A stretch of DNA of 64,000 nucleotides. Source: Methanothermococcus sp. Ax23. Lineage in GTDB: Archaea; AGJL01; Methanococci; Methanococcales; Methanococcaceae. The DNA is taken from NCBI RefSeq assembly GCF_049075655.1, contig NZ_CP157522.1:1088001-1152000 (forward strand), written 5' to 3'. Position 1 is the stretch's first letter; every line of letters begins with the position of its first letter. The notes under the pieces were generated by a model. It saw nothing but the letters and a program-made list of their open reading frames with translations. It made no database searches and was not told the origin of the DNA. Shown one piece after another: positions 1 through 11,075 of this stretch. The translations under genes and the position numbers were made by a program.

Positions 1-47
1 AATTACTCAAAATTAAGTGAATATTCTAAAAATATAGGTGATACTAC

Positions 48-233
48 ATGGTATGGTGGAAATGTTCCAACTGTGGATATTTATTTGAGGCTGACACAGT
101 GCCTGAAAAATGCCCAAATTGTGGCGAAATTTGCACTTTTTATGATGTAACCTGTTATACACCAGACTGCGGATGTCAAGGTTATGACCCAAAATTAGTT
201 GCAAGGTCGCCAAATGAAGAAAGCAGACTTTAA
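48..233 (+). CDS. Small rubredoxin-like zinc/iron-ribbon protein
   Basis: WKCSNCGY...PEKCPNCG motifs; GGTGA RBS upstream; first gene of the stress cluster visible in the window. Confidence 0.8.
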   Translation: MVWWKCSNCGYLFEADTVPEKCPNCGEICTFYDVTCYTPDCGCQGYDPKLVARSPNEESRL

Positions 234-258
234 ACTTAAATGGGGGTTAAATTTAATT

Positions 259-408
259 ATTAGACGAAAACTTCGGTTTTCGTTGCTATATGCTTATTCG
301 GAGCTCTGATTGAACTCCTTTGGATTTTGTAGCATCGAACCGAGGGTTCGAAATTAAAATTGTGAAGCAATTTTATATTCTACGCTCCTTCGGAGCTCCG
401 ATAACATA
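259..408 (+). repeat. Composite multi-hairpin element (ATTAGACG-type cassette plus CGGAGCTC-closed stem)
   Basis: attagacgaaaac-ttcg-gttttcgttgct matches the cassettes at 37374, in the MITE right ends and at 53640; 289-306 pairs with 393-408; internal hairpins tcgaacc/ggttcga and taaaattg/caatttta. Confidence 0.75.
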
Positions 409-458
409 AATTAACACCTTAATAAATATATTAATCAACAAATGGGAGAGGGTAAAAT

Positions 459-1139
459 ATGTGTGAAGAAGTATGTTGTATTGGAGAATACAGAATGCCA
501 TTAATAGGGGAGAAATTCCCTGAGGTAGAAGTTAAAACTACGCAAGGAGTTATAAAATTACCTAATCATTTTGAAGGTAAATGGTTTATTTTATTTAGCC
601 ATCCTGCGGACTTTACCCCAGTTTGCACCACAGAATTTGTAGCATTTCAAAAGAGATATGACCAATTTAAGGAGTTAAATGCCGAATTAATAGGTTTAAG
701 CATAGACCAGGTATTTAGTCATTTGAAATGGATTGAATGGATAAAAGATAATCTAGACGTTGACATTGAATTTCCAGTAATAGCAGATGATAGAGGGGAA
801 TTGGCTGAAAGATTAGGCATGGTAAGTCCATATAAGGGCAATAATACAGTTAGGGCAGTATTTGTTGTAGATGACAAGGGAGCAATTAGGGCAATATTGT
901 ATTATCCGCAAGAGGCTGGAAGAAATATCGATGAAATAATAAGATTGGTTAAAGCACTTCAAACATCCGATAAAGGAGTGGCACTTCCAGCGAACTGGCC
1001 TAACAATGATATAATCGGGGATAAGGTAATAGTTCCACCTGCTTCCACAGTTGAAGAAATGAATCAGAGAAAAGAAGCGGCTGAAAAAGGAGAAATAGAA
1101 TGCCTTGATTGGTGGCTTTGCTGTAAAAAATTAGAATAA
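459..1139 (+). CDS. Peroxiredoxin (archaeal Prx6/AhpC type)
   Basis: [15 protein letters not shown] peroxidatic motif; C-terminal CLDWWLC. Confidence 0.95.
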   Translation: MCEEVCCIGEYRMPLIGEKFPEVEVKTTQGVIKLPNHFEGKWFILFSHPADFTPVCTTEFVAFQKRYDQFKELNAELIGLSIDQVFSHLKWIEWIKDNLDVDIEFPVIADDRGELAERLGMVSPYKGNNTVRAVFVVDDKGAIRAILYYPQEAGRNIDEIIRLVKALQTSDKGVALPANWPNNDIIGDKVIVPPASTVEEMNQRKEAAEKGEIECLDWWLCCKKLE

Positions 1140-1165
1140 ATTATTCATATTTATTTTTTTGGTGA

Positions 1166-1411
1166 ATGAAAATGGTAGAAATTAAATTAGCTTGCAAATT
1201 AGATGACAGTTGTGAAAAACCAAAGTATAGGAAGTATAGGTGTAAAGTTTGCGGTTGGACATATGACCCGTTAAAAGGAGACCCTAGCCAAGACATTTCT
1301 CCAAAAACTCCATTTGAAGAGCTTCCGGACGATTGGATTTGTCCCATTTGCAGAGGTAAAGTTGGAAAAGAGTCCTTTGAGCCATTGGATGAATTAGTAG
1401 AATTTGACTGA
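1166..1411 (+). CDS. Rubredoxin
   Basis: KYRCKVCGWTYDP...PDDWICPIC. Confidence 0.9.
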   Translation: MKMVEIKLACKLDDSCEKPKYRKYRCKVCGWTYDPLKGDPSQDISPKTPFEELPDDWICPICRGKVGKESFEPLDELVEFD

Positions 1412-1419
1412 GGTAAAGT

Positions 1420-2007
1420 ATGAAAGAGACAATTACAAATTTAATAAAGGCATACATTGGGGAAAGCTTAGCTAGGAATAGATATACTTGCTATGCAAAA
1501 ATTGCAAAAAGTGAAGGATATGAACAGATTTCAGAGATATTTTTATTAACAGCAGAAAATGAAAGAGAGCATGCTAAATGGCTATTTTATTTAATCACCG
1601 AATTAAAAAAGAAATACAATGTTGATGAGGATTCAATAAAGGTAAATGATGTTGAAGTCCCTATTGTTTTAGGAAATACTGCTGAAAATTTAAGGGCTTC
1701 AATCGAAGGGGAACATTTTGAATATACTGAAATGTATCCAAAATTTGCCGAAATAGCAGAAAAAGAAGGATTAAACGACATTGCAGAAAGGCTGAGGGCA
1801 ATTGCAATTGCTGAAAAGCATCACGAGGGGAGATTTAAGAAATTGTTAAAAGAAGTTGAAAATGGAACAGTATTTAAGAAAGATGAATCTGTTGAGTGGG
1901 TTTGTAGGAAATGTGGCTACACTCACAAAGGGGATGAACCGCCAGAGGTGTGTCCATCTTGCAGCCATCCAGCGAAGTATTTTGAAATATTATGTGAAAA
2001 ATATTAA
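1420..2007 (+). CDS. rbr: Rubrerythrin
   Basis: GESLARNRY, ENEREHA, AEKHHE di-iron motifs; C-terminal CRKCG...CPSCSHP rubredoxin domain. Confidence 0.95.
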   Translation: MKETITNLIKAYIGESLARNRYTCYAKIAKSEGYEQISEIFLLTAENEREHAKWLFYLITELKKKYNVDEDSIKVNDVEVPIVLGNTAENLRASIEGEHFEYTEMYPKFAEIAEKEGLNDIAERLRAIAIAEKHHEGRFKKLLKEVENGTVFKKDESVEWVCRKCGYTHKGDEPPEVCPSCSHPAKYFEILCEKY

Positions 2008-2076
2008 TTGTAAATTAATATTTATTACCATATATGTAAATTAAAATTAAAATCAAAAATAAGGGGGCGATATATT

Positions 2077-2427
2077 ATGAAAAATGCATTTTTAGTATTT
2101 TCTTACATGCACAACGATAAGCCGAACATGCCAGTAATGTTGCATGTGTTGCTATTTGCAAAGGAGATGAAGGAAAAGGGGGATGATGTGAAAATAATAT
2201 TTGAAGGCGAAGGTGTTAATTGGGCTAAGGATTTGCTAAATGAAGAGCATCCATTTTCAAACCATGCTAAGCCCTTAATGGATAATTTTGTAGTTTGTGA
2301 AGCATGTGCAAGCATGTTTGGCATATTGGATGATGTAAAAGATAAACTAAATGTTGAAAATGACTTATTCGGGCATGTAAGTTTAAAGAAGTATTTAGAT
2401 GAAGGTTTTGATGTAATTAAATTTTAA
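2077..2427 (+). CDS. DsrE/DsrF-like protein
   Basis: IIFEGEGV and VCEACA motifs, 116 aa. Confidence 0.65.
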   Translation: MKNAFLVFSYMHNDKPNMPVMLHVLLFAKEMKEKGDDVKIIFEGEGVNWAKDLLNEEHPFSNHAKPLMDNFVVCEACASMFGILDDVKDKLNVENDLFGHVSLKKYLDEGFDVIKF

Positions 2428-2504
2428 TTAACATTTTGGCTGTTTAGCCAAAATTTTTTATTTTATTTTTATTTTAATTTTTATTAATACTGCGTGGTGA
2501 TTTC

Positions 2505-3092
2505 ATGACACTAAGTTCAAAAAACTTTAATCCTGAGATTCCTAAAAAAGTTATTGAAGCTGGAAAGGATATACTAGGAGAAGACCATGTAAAGTCATTC
2601 CAAAGATGCTACCAGTGCGGAACATGCACGGGGGCATGTCCAAGCAGTAGAATAACGGCTTTTAAAACTAGGAAATTAATAAGAATGATTCTCAGCGGTT
2701 TAGATGTTTTTGATAGTGAAGATATGTGGATGTGCACAACATGCTATGAATGCTATGAAAAATGTCCAAGAGAAGTTAAAATAACTGATATTATAAAAGC
2801 CGCAAGAAACGTGGCATGTCAAATGGGGTTAATAGCTGAGGCACATAGAAAAACAACATTGTATGTTTATTTAACAGGTCATGCTGTCCCAGTAAATGAC
2901 GAGATAAAAGAAGTAAGAAAAAAGATTGGATTAACTGAAATCCCCCCAACAACCCACAAATACCCTGAGGTTTTGGAGGATATAAGGGGACTTATGAATG
3001 ACTTAGAGCTCTGCGATAAGGTAGGAATTTGTCCAACAACAAAAAAATTAAAAGAGCTTAAACCTATGAGATGGGAAGATTTAAGCGAATAG
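2505..3092 (+). CDS. hdrC: CoB-CoM heterodisulfide reductase subunit C
   Basis: [13 protein letters not shown] and [13 protein letters not shown] 4Fe-4S motifs; TGHAVP. Confidence 0.9.
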   Translation: MTLSSKNFNPEIPKKVIEAGKDILGEDHVKSFQRCYQCGTCTGACPSSRITAFKTRKLIRMILSGLDVFDSEDMWMCTTCYECYEKCPREVKITDIIKAARNVACQMGLIAEAHRKTTLYVYLTGHAVPVNDEIKEVRKKIGLTEIPPTTHKYPEVLEDIRGLMNDLELCDKVGICPTTKKLKELKPMRWEDLSE

Positions 3093-4283
3093 GTGATGTA
3101 TTTGGCAGTTAAAATAAAAGACGGGATATACTGGGTTGGTTCAGTGGATTGGGAAGTCAGAGAGTTTCATGGATATGAAACTTCAAAGGGGAGCTCATAT
3201 AATTCATACTTAATAGTGGATGAAGAAAATGTTTTAATTGACTCTGCAAAACATTACATGTTTGAAGAGCTCATGGAAGGAATTTCATCAGTAATTGACC
3301 CAATGGATATTGACTACATAGTGGTAAATCATGCAGAAAAAGACCACAGCGGGTGTATTGATAAAATTGTTAAATTGTCTGGTGCAAAGGTCATCACAAA
3401 TGAAAAAGGGAAGGAACATTTAGAGCTCCAATTTAACACAGAGGATTGGGAGTTTATAATAGTAGATACTGGCGATGAGATAAACATTGGAAAAAGAACT
3501 TTAAAATTCATAAAAACCCCAATGCTTCATTGGCCTGACAACATGATTACCTACTGCATTGAGGATAAAATTTTATTCTCCAATGATGCCTTTGGACAGC
3601 ATGTAGCAACGTCGGAAAGATTTGACTATGAAGTTGAAACTATTGAAGAGATTTTTGAAGATGCGAAGGAATATTTTGCAAATATACTATTGCCCTATAA
3701 AATGCTCATACCCAATGCAATTAATGCTGTAAAAGGTTTAGATATTGACTATATTTGCCCATCCCACGGATTAATATGGAAAGAAAAAATAGAAGAAATT
3801 TTAAATAGATATATGAAGTGGTCATCAGGGGAGTGTAAAAATAAGGCTGTAATAGCTTATGATAGCATGTATGGTTCAACTAAAAAAATGGCACATGCCA
3901 TAGGAAGTGGATTGTCAGATGAGGGTGTTGAAGTAAAAATTTATAATATCTCCGGAACTCCAATGAATACAATAATGAAAGAGATTTTAGATGCAAAATA
4001 TATCTTAATCGGCTCCCCAACATTAAACTCAAACGTATATCCCCCAGTTGCAATGTTTTTAGCATATATGGAAGGATTAAAACCAGCAGATGGTAAAATA
4101 GCAGTAGCGTTTGGTTCTTACGGATGGATGGAAATGGCAACTGAAATTATAAAGAAATCCTTTGAAAAATTAAACTTTAAAGTTGTCGATGATGAATGCT
4201 TAAAGTGTAGATTTGTTCCAAAGGAAGAGTATATAAAAAAATGCTATGAATTTGGAAAAAAACTATCAGAAATTGAAAATTAG
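3093..4283 (+). CDS. fprA: Flavodiiron protein FprA (F420H2 oxidase type)
   Basis: HAEKDH, HWPD, SNDAFGQH, PSHG metallo-beta-lactamase motifs plus flavodoxin domain (YDSMYGST, FGSYGW). Confidence 0.93.
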   Translation: MMYLAVKIKDGIYWVGSVDWEVREFHGYETSKGSSYNSYLIVDEENVLIDSAKHYMFEELMEGISSVIDPMDIDYIVVNHAEKDHSGCIDKIVKLSGAKVITNEKGKEHLELQFNTEDWEFIIVDTGDEINIGKRTLKFIKTPMLHWPDNMITYCIEDKILFSNDAFGQHVATSERFDYEVETIEEIFEDAKEYFANILLPYKMLIPNAINAVKGLDIDYICPSHGLIWKEKIEEILNRYMKWSSGECKNKAVIAYDSMYGSTKKMAHAIGSGLSDEGVEVKIYNISGTPMNTIMKEILDAKYILIGSPTLNSNVYPPVAMFLAYMEGLKPADGKIAVAFGSYGWMEMATEIIKKSFEKLNFKVVDDECLKCRFVPKEEYIKKCYEFGKKLSEIEN

Positions 4284-4370
4284 GGACAATAAAATAAAAT
4301 TATATATTATATATAATATATAAAAAAATATATAATAACTGTAAATATTCAAAATAGGGAGGAGATAAAT

Positions 4371-4658
4371 ATGATAACAACAAACCACCCGTTATATGAA
4401 TCATTAAAGGATATTCAAGATTTTAAATTAAAATTGGCTGAATTCTTTAAAGATAAGGACGTATTTCCAATAAAGAGCAAAGTTGAGTTAGCAAATGCAT
4501 TGCCTTGTGGTTTATCATTGCCTTGTGGGGATATTGAAGCAGGGGAGTTAGTTAAATTAATGACTGATGCAGATTTTCCAATAAAAGACTACGAGGATTT
4601 GGCAATAAAGTTATCCAACAAATGTGTAATTGAAAAGAAGGAAAAAGAAGAAATGTAA
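4371..4658 (+). CDS. MTH865-family protein
   Basis: FPIKS.xELxxALPxG...AGELVKLMTDADFP pattern. Confidence 0.7.
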   Translation: MITTNHPLYESLKDIQDFKLKLAEFFKDKDVFPIKSKVELANALPCGLSLPCGDIEAGELVKLMTDADFPIKDYEDLAIKLSNKCVIEKKEKEEM

Positions 4659-4728
4659 TTAATATTTTTATTTTATTTTTTATATTATGGTTAATCCATT
4701 CTTTCGTATATTTAGATATGGTGAAATA

Positions 4729-5316
4729 ATGAAAATCTTTGGTATAAGTGGAAGTCCGAGATTACAGGGAACTCATTATGCAGTAAATTATGCATTGGAT
4801 TATTTAAAAGAAAAGGGGTGTGAAATTAAGTATTTTTCAGTTGCTCGAAAAGAAATAAAATTCTGTATGCACTGTGATTATTGTATAAGAAAAAAAGAGG
4901 GCTGTATTCATAAGGACGATATGAATGAAGTTTATGAAAATTTAATATGGGCGGATGGAATAATAATGGGGACACCAATTTACCAGGGAAATATTACTGG
5001 ACAGTTAAAAACCGTAATGGATAGATGCAGGGCAATAGTTGCGAAAAATCCAAAGGTTTTGAATGGTAAGATTGGAATGGGTATAGCAGTTGGAGGAGAC
5101 AGAAACGGTGGGCAGGAAATAGCTTTAAGGACAATCCATGACTTTTATATAATAAATGAAATGATTCCAGTAGGTGGAGGTTCATTTGGTGCAAATTTGG
5201 GTGCAACTTTCTGGTCAAAAGATAAAGGAAAAGATGGCATTATGAAAGATGATGAAGGGTTGAGAGTTTTAAGAAAAACTTTAAATAAATTTTTAAACAT
5301 ACTATCTAAAAGATAA
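4729..5316 (+). CDS. Iron-sulfur flavoprotein (Isf, flavodoxin family)
   Basis: GISGSPR, CMHCDYC..C, RNGGQE; start moved to ATG 4729 after GGTGA RBS. Confidence 0.9.
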   Translation: MKIFGISGSPRLQGTHYAVNYALDYLKEKGCEIKYFSVARKEIKFCMHCDYCIRKKEGCIHKDDMNEVYENLIWADGIIMGTPIYQGNITGQLKTVMDRCRAIVAKNPKVLNGKIGMGIAVGGDRNGGQEIALRTIHDFYIINEMIPVGGGSFGANLGATFWSKDKGKDGIMKDDEGLRVLRKTLNKFLNILSKR

Positions 5317-5376
5317 GTAGATTAATATCATTATATATGAATTTTTATAAAAAATAAAATAAAAAAGTGTGGTTTC

Positions 5377-5940
5377 ATGGTTAAAATTGCATGGGGCATT
5401 ACCGGATGCGGAGATAAAATAGAGGAAATAGTTCATCTGATGATTGAATTAAAGAATAAATATAATTTGGATATAGATATATACGCATCAAAAAGTGCGA
5501 AGGTTGTTTTAAAGTGGTATAAACTCTGGGATTTGATGATGGATGAATTCTATGACATTAGGGTGGAAGTAGATGCAAATGCTCCCTTTTTACCGGGAAA
5601 ACTGCAAACTGGAAAATATGATATATTTATCGTAGCTCCGACGACTGCAAACACCGTTGCAAAGGTGGCACATTGTATTGCCGACACACTCATCACAAAT
5701 TCAATTGCTCAGGGCGTTAAAGCGAAGGTTCCAACATATATTTACCCGCCAGATAATAAAATTGGGGAAATTGAAACAATAATCCCAAGTGGAAAAACTT
5801 TAAAGTTATATATTAGAAAGGAAGACGTAGAAAATGTTAATAAATTAAGAGAAATGGACGGCATAACAATTTTGGATAGTGTGGATGAGATAAAAGAAAC
5901 GATTTTAAAATATGTGGAACATAAAAAGGATAATGAGTGA
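5377..5940 (+). CDS. afpA: Archaeoflavoprotein AfpA (HFCD flavoprotein family)
   Basis: IAWGITGCG, APTTANTVAKVAHCIADTLITN. Confidence 0.85.
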   Translation: MVKIAWGITGCGDKIEEIVHLMIELKNKYNLDIDIYASKSAKVVLKWYKLWDLMMDEFYDIRVEVDANAPFLPGKLQTGKYDIFIVAPTTANTVAKVAHCIADTLITNSIAQGVKAKVPTYIYPPDNKIGEIETIIPSGKTLKLYIRKEDVENVNKLREMDGITILDSVDEIKETILKYVEHKKDNE

Positions 5941-6004
5941 TTAATTATAAAATACTTTTTTCATGTTTCATACGCATCCACTAAAAATGAAGAAAGGTGA
6001 TTAA

Positions 6005-6745
6005 ATGCTAAAAATTGAAAATTTATGTGTTAAAATAGGTGATAGGGAAATTTTAAAGGACATCAACTTGAATATCAATACCGGTGAAACCCATGTTTTA
6101 TTTGGTCCAAATGGGGCAGGTAAATCAACATTAATAAATACAATACTGGGAAATCCAAAATATGAAATTGTAAGCGGTAGTATTTATTTTAAAGGAAAGG
6201 ATATTACCGATATGCCAATGCATGAGAGGGCAAAACTTGGGATAGGTATATCCTATCAAAGTCCGCCAGCAATTCCCGGAGTAAAGTTGAAAAATCTTTT
6301 AAATATAATTTCAAATAGAGATTGGAATGAAATTGAAAAAATGGCTGAGATATTAAATTTTAAAGATTTCCTTGAAAGAGAAGTAAATGTTGGATTCTCA
6401 GGCGGTGAGGCAAAAAGGTCTGAATTACTTCAAATATATGCTCAAAATCCTGATTTTATAATGTTCGATGAGCCAGATAGCGGTGTAGATGTAGAAAATG
6501 TGGAATTAATTGGAACCCTTATAAATGAATTACTTGATAAAAACAAAATGCCAAGTGATAGAAAAAAATCTGGTTTAATAATTACACATATGGGCCATAT
6601 TTTAAACTTTATGGATGTAGATAGAGCTCATGTTCTCTATGATGGAGTTGTAGCTTGTTCAGGTCATCCAAAAGAAATTCTTAATAACATAATTAAATAC
6701 GGATATGAGAGGTGTGTAGCATGCTATCAAAAGAGAAAGCACTAA
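6005..6745 (+). CDS. sufC: Fe-S assembly ABC ATPase SufC-like
   Basis: GPNGAGKST Walker [16 protein letters not shown]; C-terminal CxxC. Confidence 0.9.
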   Translation: MLKIENLCVKIGDREILKDINLNINTGETHVLFGPNGAGKSTLINTILGNPKYEIVSGSIYFKGKDITDMPMHERAKLGIGISYQSPPAIPGVKLKNLLNIISNRDWNEIEKMAEILNFKDFLEREVNVGFSGGEAKRSELLQIYAQNPDFIMFDEPDSGVDVENVELIGTLINELLDKNKMPSDRKKSGLIITHMGHILNFMDVDRAHVLYDGVVACSGHPKEILNNIIKYGYERCVACYQKRKH

Positions 6746-7941
6746 AAATAAAGGAAATTGCTGAAAAATATAAGGATGTTCCAGCACCATATGGGGAAGA
6801 TATAAACCTTGGAGAATACAAGATAGAAAAAGGCGGTATATCAGTAGATTCATTGATGGAGCTCGACGAAGAGTATAAATCCAAACTTGAAAGCATTGGT
6901 ATAGATATTGAAGAGAAGAGCTCCGCTGGTTCATACTTGCAGATAAACAATAAGGCAGTTTATTCAAAAACAGACTCAAAAATTGAAATGATGCCTATCT
7001 CAGAGGCATTAAAAAAATATGATTTGGATGATTACTACTGGAATCTTGTTGAGATTAAGGACAAATACTCAGCAAGAGCCGCATTGGAATTAACAGAAGG
7101 ATTTTTCATAAGAGTTCCAAAGGGAGTTAAAGAAACAATACCACTTCAAACATGCCTTTTGATTGGTGAGGAGAGCTCATCCCAAAATGTTCATAATATT
7201 ATAATTGTTGAGGAAGGGGCTGAGTTAAATGTAATTACTGGATGTGCAACTTCCTCACATGTAAAATCAGGGCTTCACATTGGAGTTTCTGAATTCTATG
7301 TAAAAAAAGATGCAAAATTGACATACACTATGATACACGACTGGGGCGAAAATGTCCATGTGAGGCCAAGAACTGGGGTGCATATTGAAGAAAATGGTGT
7401 ATTTATAAGCAACTATGTTGTTATGTCCCCTGTAAAATCAATTCAAAGCTACCCAACCGCATATTGCGTGGGGGATAATTCAAAGGCAACATTCCAAACA
7501 GTAGCTTATGGAAAAGGAAACTCAAAAATGGATATGGGTTCAAGGGTTGTTCTATCTGGAAAAAACAGTAGTGCAGACATGATTTCAAGAACTATTGTCG
7601 TGGATAATGCTGAAATAATAGCAAGAGGGCATCTTATTGGGGAAAGTGAAAATGTGAAAGGACATTTGGAATGTAGAGGTCTAATTTTATCAGATAATGC
7701 GCACCTTCATGCAGTCCCTGAATTAGATGCTAGAAAGACAAACCTTGATTTATCACATGAGGCAGCTGTTGGAAAAATTGCAGAAAACCAGCTAATGTAT
7801 TTAATGTCAAGAGGTTTAACAGAGGATGAAGCAACATCTTTAATTATAAAAGGATTTTTAAGCGTGGATATATCAGGACTTCCGCCAAAACTTGCAAAAT
7901 CTGTTGAGCAGATAATGGAAATGACCCTTGATGCATTGTAA
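6712..7941 (+). CDS. sufB: Fe-S assembly protein SufB/SufD family
   Basis: [30 protein letters not shown]. Confidence 0.9.
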   Translation: MCSMLSKEKALKIKEIAEKYKDVPAPYGEDINLGEYKIEKGGISVDSLMELDEEYKSKLESIGIDIEEKSSAGSYLQINNKAVYSKTDSKIEMMPISEALKKYDLDDYYWNLVEIKDKYSARAALELTEGFFIRVPKGVKETIPLQTCLLIGEESSSQNVHNIIIVEEGAELNVITGCATSSHVKSGLHIGVSEFYVKKDAKLTYTMIHDWGENVHVRPRTGVHIEENGVFISNYVVMSPVKSIQSYPTAYCVGDNSKATFQTVAYGKGNSKMDMGSRVVLSGKNSSADMISRTIVVDNAEIIARGHLIGESENVKGHLECRGLILSDNAHLHAVPELDARKTNLDLSHEAAVGKIAENQLMYLMSRGLTEDEATSLIIKGFLSVDISGLPPKLAKSVEQIMEMTLDAL

Positions 7942-8114
7942 TTCTCTTTTATTTTTTTATTTTTTTAGTTTTTTAATTTCGCATGATATTCGGGAAATTA
8001 AGTAGAGCTCTTTTAAATTTAATATTGCAGTTCGTTTAAATTATAGATTACAATATATAAATATAAAATAACCTAAATTGTTAATGGCTAAAAATCTAAA
8101 AAAAAGAAATAAAA

Positions 8115-8312
8115 TTATTTTTGCTGTTTATTTTGATGGTATATAGGAGTCCATTTTAATTTTCTTGCAACTCTTTTGAGTTTAAAGTTTTTTTCACATT
8201 TTGATGAGCAGAAAAACATAACGGAACCGTCTTTTTTCACATATTTTTTTCCAGTTCCAGGCTCAATTTTTCCGCCACAAAAACTACATGTTTTCCATTC
8301 CATGTTATTCAC
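8115..8312 (-). CDS. rpl24e: 50S ribosomal protein L24e
   Basis: [13 protein letters not shown]...FCSSKCEK. Confidence 0.95.
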   Translation of the reverse strand: MNNMEWKTCSFCGGKIEPGTGKKYVKKDGSVMFFCSSKCEKNFKLKRVARKLKWTPIYHQNKQQK

Positions 8313-8313
8313 C

Positions 8314-8541
8314 TTATCTTCTTCTACCTAGTGGCTTTGCTTCTCTTTCTGTTTCTCTGAGCATTATAATATCCCCAACTTTAACAGGACCTTTAACATT
8401 TCTTGTTAAAATTCTTCCGGTGTCTTTTCCACCGAGAATTTTACATCTTACCTGAAATATCTCTCCTGTCACACCGGTTCTTCCGCTTACTTGGAGAACT
8501 TCTGCGGCTGTTGCCTCTTTATAGACCATGTCATCAGACAT
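8314..8541 (-). CDS. rps28e: 30S ribosomal protein S28e
   Basis: GRTGVTGE...[22 protein letters not shown]. Confidence 0.95.
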   Translation of the reverse strand: MSDDMVYKEATAAEVLQVSGRTGVTGEIFQVRCKILGGKDTGRILTRNVKGPVKVGDIIMLRETEREAKPLGRRR

Positions 8542-8570
8542 TTAATCACCTATCCATATAATTTATTAAA

Positions 8571-8924
8571 TTATGCTTTTAAAGCGTTTATTTTTTCTAC
8601 TAATTCATTTAATGCGTTTGAATCTCCCTCAGCTACAACTGCAACTGCGGATGTTGGAACTTCTAAACCAATAGCTTTTCCTAAATCTTCTTTTGTAGCT
8701 ACATAGGTGTAAGGAATACCTTTTTCTTCGCAAATTACAGGTATGTGAGCAACGATTTCTTCTGGCTGAACGTCTTTTGCTAATACAACCAATTTAGCAT
8801 TTCCTCTTTCTACTGCTTTTGTTACTTCGTTTGCTCCTTTTTTAACTTTTTCTGATTTTGAAATTACTTCTACTGTTTTTTCTTCTATTTCTTGTGGAAC
8901 ATCAAATTTTACATAGATAGCCAT
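8571..8924 (-). CDS. rpl7ae: Ribosomal/K-turn-binding protein L7Ae
   Basis: [24 protein letters not shown]; conserved L7Ae-S28e-L24e order. Confidence 0.97.
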   Translation of the reverse strand: MAIYVKFDVPQEIEEKTVEVISKSEKVKKGANEVTKAVERGNAKLVVLAKDVQPEEIVAHIPVICEEKGIPYTYVATKEDLGKAIGLEVPTSAVAVVAEGDSNALNELVEKINALKA

Positions 8925-9264
8925 AATATGACCTCCTTCATTTTTAAAAATCGTTTTTTATCCGGATTATGCCCACTCATATCATCATGGTATTAAAAAG
9001 AGTGGCTAGTGCTATATCATTTAAAGTAATATATATAAGTTGTGGTTTGACATGTTTTGAGATTTAACTATAAATGTAAATATTTAAGCATATTTTTTAA
9101 TATAATTAAGTTTCGTCTTAATCAAAATAGAAATTTATATATATTACCACATTTACAATTAAATTGTATTTCGTTAATAAATGATATATTATGTAATTAA
9201 ATATAATTAACAAATATAGTTGATAAACGTGGCTGTATGACAGTAATACATTTTCGGTGAGTTT

Positions 9265-9834
9265 ATGGAAATTATTCTAAAAAAATTGGAAAATCATGAA
9301 ATGAATAAACAGGTAAAAAAAGTCATTGATTTTCACGGTTGTTTGAGTCCCGGGGCATTGATAGGTATTTACATGTTCAATTTGGCAAAAAAAATTCTAA
9401 ACATCAATGATGGAGAACGAATGTATGCAACATGTGAAACCTATAACTGCCTTCCTGATGCATTCCAAGTTCTTGGGGGATGCACAATAGGAAATAAAAG
9501 ATTAAAAGTAATAGATACTGGAAAAATGGCAGTTTCAGTAAATACAATTGGAAAAGAAGGGGAGAATATAAAAGGCGTTAGAATTATTCTCGACAATAAA
9601 AAAACGGCCAATTACTCCGCCCTTCATCCTTGGTATATGAATACAAAAAAGGTTCCTTATGATGATGTGATATTGGATATTATTGATGCCGGAGAATCAG
9701 TATATTCTTATGAATTTATAGATGTTGCGGTGCCGGTTAAATTCAAAAAACGAATAGAATTATGCGATATTTGCCAAGAACCATTTGTTTCATACAATGG
9801 GGAGAAGATATGCCTAACTTGTTCGAATAAATAA
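9265..9834 (+). CDS. fmdE: Formylmethanofuran dehydrogenase subunit E family
   Basis: FHGCLSPG, CLPDAFQVLGGCTIGN, C-terminal CxxC...CxxC zinc finger. Confidence 0.88.
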   Translation: MEIILKKLENHEMNKQVKKVIDFHGCLSPGALIGIYMFNLAKKILNINDGERMYATCETYNCLPDAFQVLGGCTIGNKRLKVIDTGKMAVSVNTIGKEGENIKGVRIILDNKKTANYSALHPWYMNTKKVPYDDVILDIIDAGESVYSYEFIDVAVPVKFKKRIELCDICQEPFVSYNGEKICLTCSNK

Positions 9835-9851
9835 TAATTATTGGTGATACG

Positions 9852-11075
9852 ATGGATACAATCACGCTTATTCCAAAAAATAATATTGACATGCCAATTG
9901 AGGCTGATGTAATTTCCCCCGATGTTTTTGCAAATAAAACCCTTGATGAAATAAAATCATTGCTTGTTTGGCAGGGGAACACAAGAGTTCCTTTATCAGA
10001 ATTTTTTGAAATTAAAGGAGAGAATGTTCCTTCAAAAGAGCCCACCATTGTAATAGACGGAGATGTTAGCAAGGTAAAATATATCGGCTCAAAAATGAGC
10101 TCCGGTAAGATAGTAATAAATGGCAATGTTGGCATACAGTTGGGATATGAAATGAAAGGTGGAGAGATTATAGTAAATGGAGAGGCTGGCAGATTCGTAG
10201 GAAGTGAAATGAAAGGCGGTAAAATCCACATAAAAGGAAACGCAGGAGATTATATAGGCTGTGCATACCGAGGAGATTGGAGAGGAATGAGAGGAGGCAC
10301 AATAATCATTGAAGGAAATGCTGGAAACAACATTGGTGGAGGGGCTCTTAAAGGAGAAATAATTATAAAAGGAAATGTCGGTCAGTTCTGTGGTATCAAC
10401 CTGAGGGGTGGAAAAATCGTCATTGGTGGCGGTGCTGAAAGAAATGTTGGTGCTGAAATGATTAAAGGAGAGATTATAATTTGTGGAACTATTGATAAAT
10501 TCCACCCTGGTTTTGAATTAGTTGAAGAAGTGGATGGAAAGGAGCTCGGTTTGGATGGAACATTCCTTAAATTCACAGGGGATAACTCCATGAAAAAACC
10601 AAAAGGAGTTTTATATGCTTCAAAAGAACATAACAAGCATCTTATAGGATTAGAGTCCAGAACTGAAAATTATATAATCGGAAAAAACAAAATTGAGGCA
10701 GTATTTAACTCAGGAAGCACTATTGTGCAGGGTGCAATTATCAAAGGGGGAGACAAATTCACAAAAGAATATATTGAAGTGTGTGCAGTTTGCCACATCC
10801 ACCCTGATGATTACAACATATTGGGACAACCCCAAAAAGTTAGGATTTCAAGAAAAGGATATGGCGTGGTTGTGAGAGCTCTCCCTGATGATGACCTTCA
10901 AAGAGGTAATGTCTTTATACCAAGAAGTATTTGGGCAAATGTTGTGGCAGACCCATATACCGAGGGTTCTGGCTCTCCAAACTATAAGGGATGTAAAGTA
11001 ATTGTTGAACCTGCTTCTGATGATGAAAAAATACTGAGTGCAGAAGAGATATTGGAATCCTATGGGGTGAAATAA
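9852..11075 (+). CDS. fmdC: Formylmethanofuran dehydrogenase subunit C fused to subunit D
   Basis: GxxMxGGxIxIxG beta-helix repeats followed by an FwdD-like domain (NSGSTIVQG...FIPRSIWAN...GSPNYKG). Confidence 0.9.
   Translation: MDTITLIPKNNIDMPIEADVISPDVFANKTLDEIKSLLVWQGNTRVPLSEFFEIKGENVPSKEPTIVIDGDVSKVKYIGSKMSSGKIVINGNVGIQLGYEMKGGEIIVNGEAGRFVGSEMKGGKIHIKGNAGDYIGCAYRGDWRGMRGGTIIIEGNAGNNIGGGALKGEIIIKGNVGQFCGINLRGGKIVIGGGAERNVGAEMIKGEIIICGTIDKFHPGFELVEEVDGKELGLDGTFLKFTGDNSMKKPKGVLYASKEHNKHLIGLESRTENYIIGKNKIEAVFNSGSTIVQGAIIKGGDKFTKEYIEVCAVCHIHPDDYNILGQPQKVRISRKGYGVVVRALPDDDLQRGNVFIPRSIWANVVADPYTEGSGSPNYKGCKVIVEPASDDEKILSAEEILESYGVK

Noticed and set aside
1409-1411. Other TGA stops (rubredoxin, afpA, DUF2202) as further Sec codons
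   Set aside because: They fall at natural C-termini, not at Cys positions, and are followed by the next gene's RBS or AT-rich spacer.
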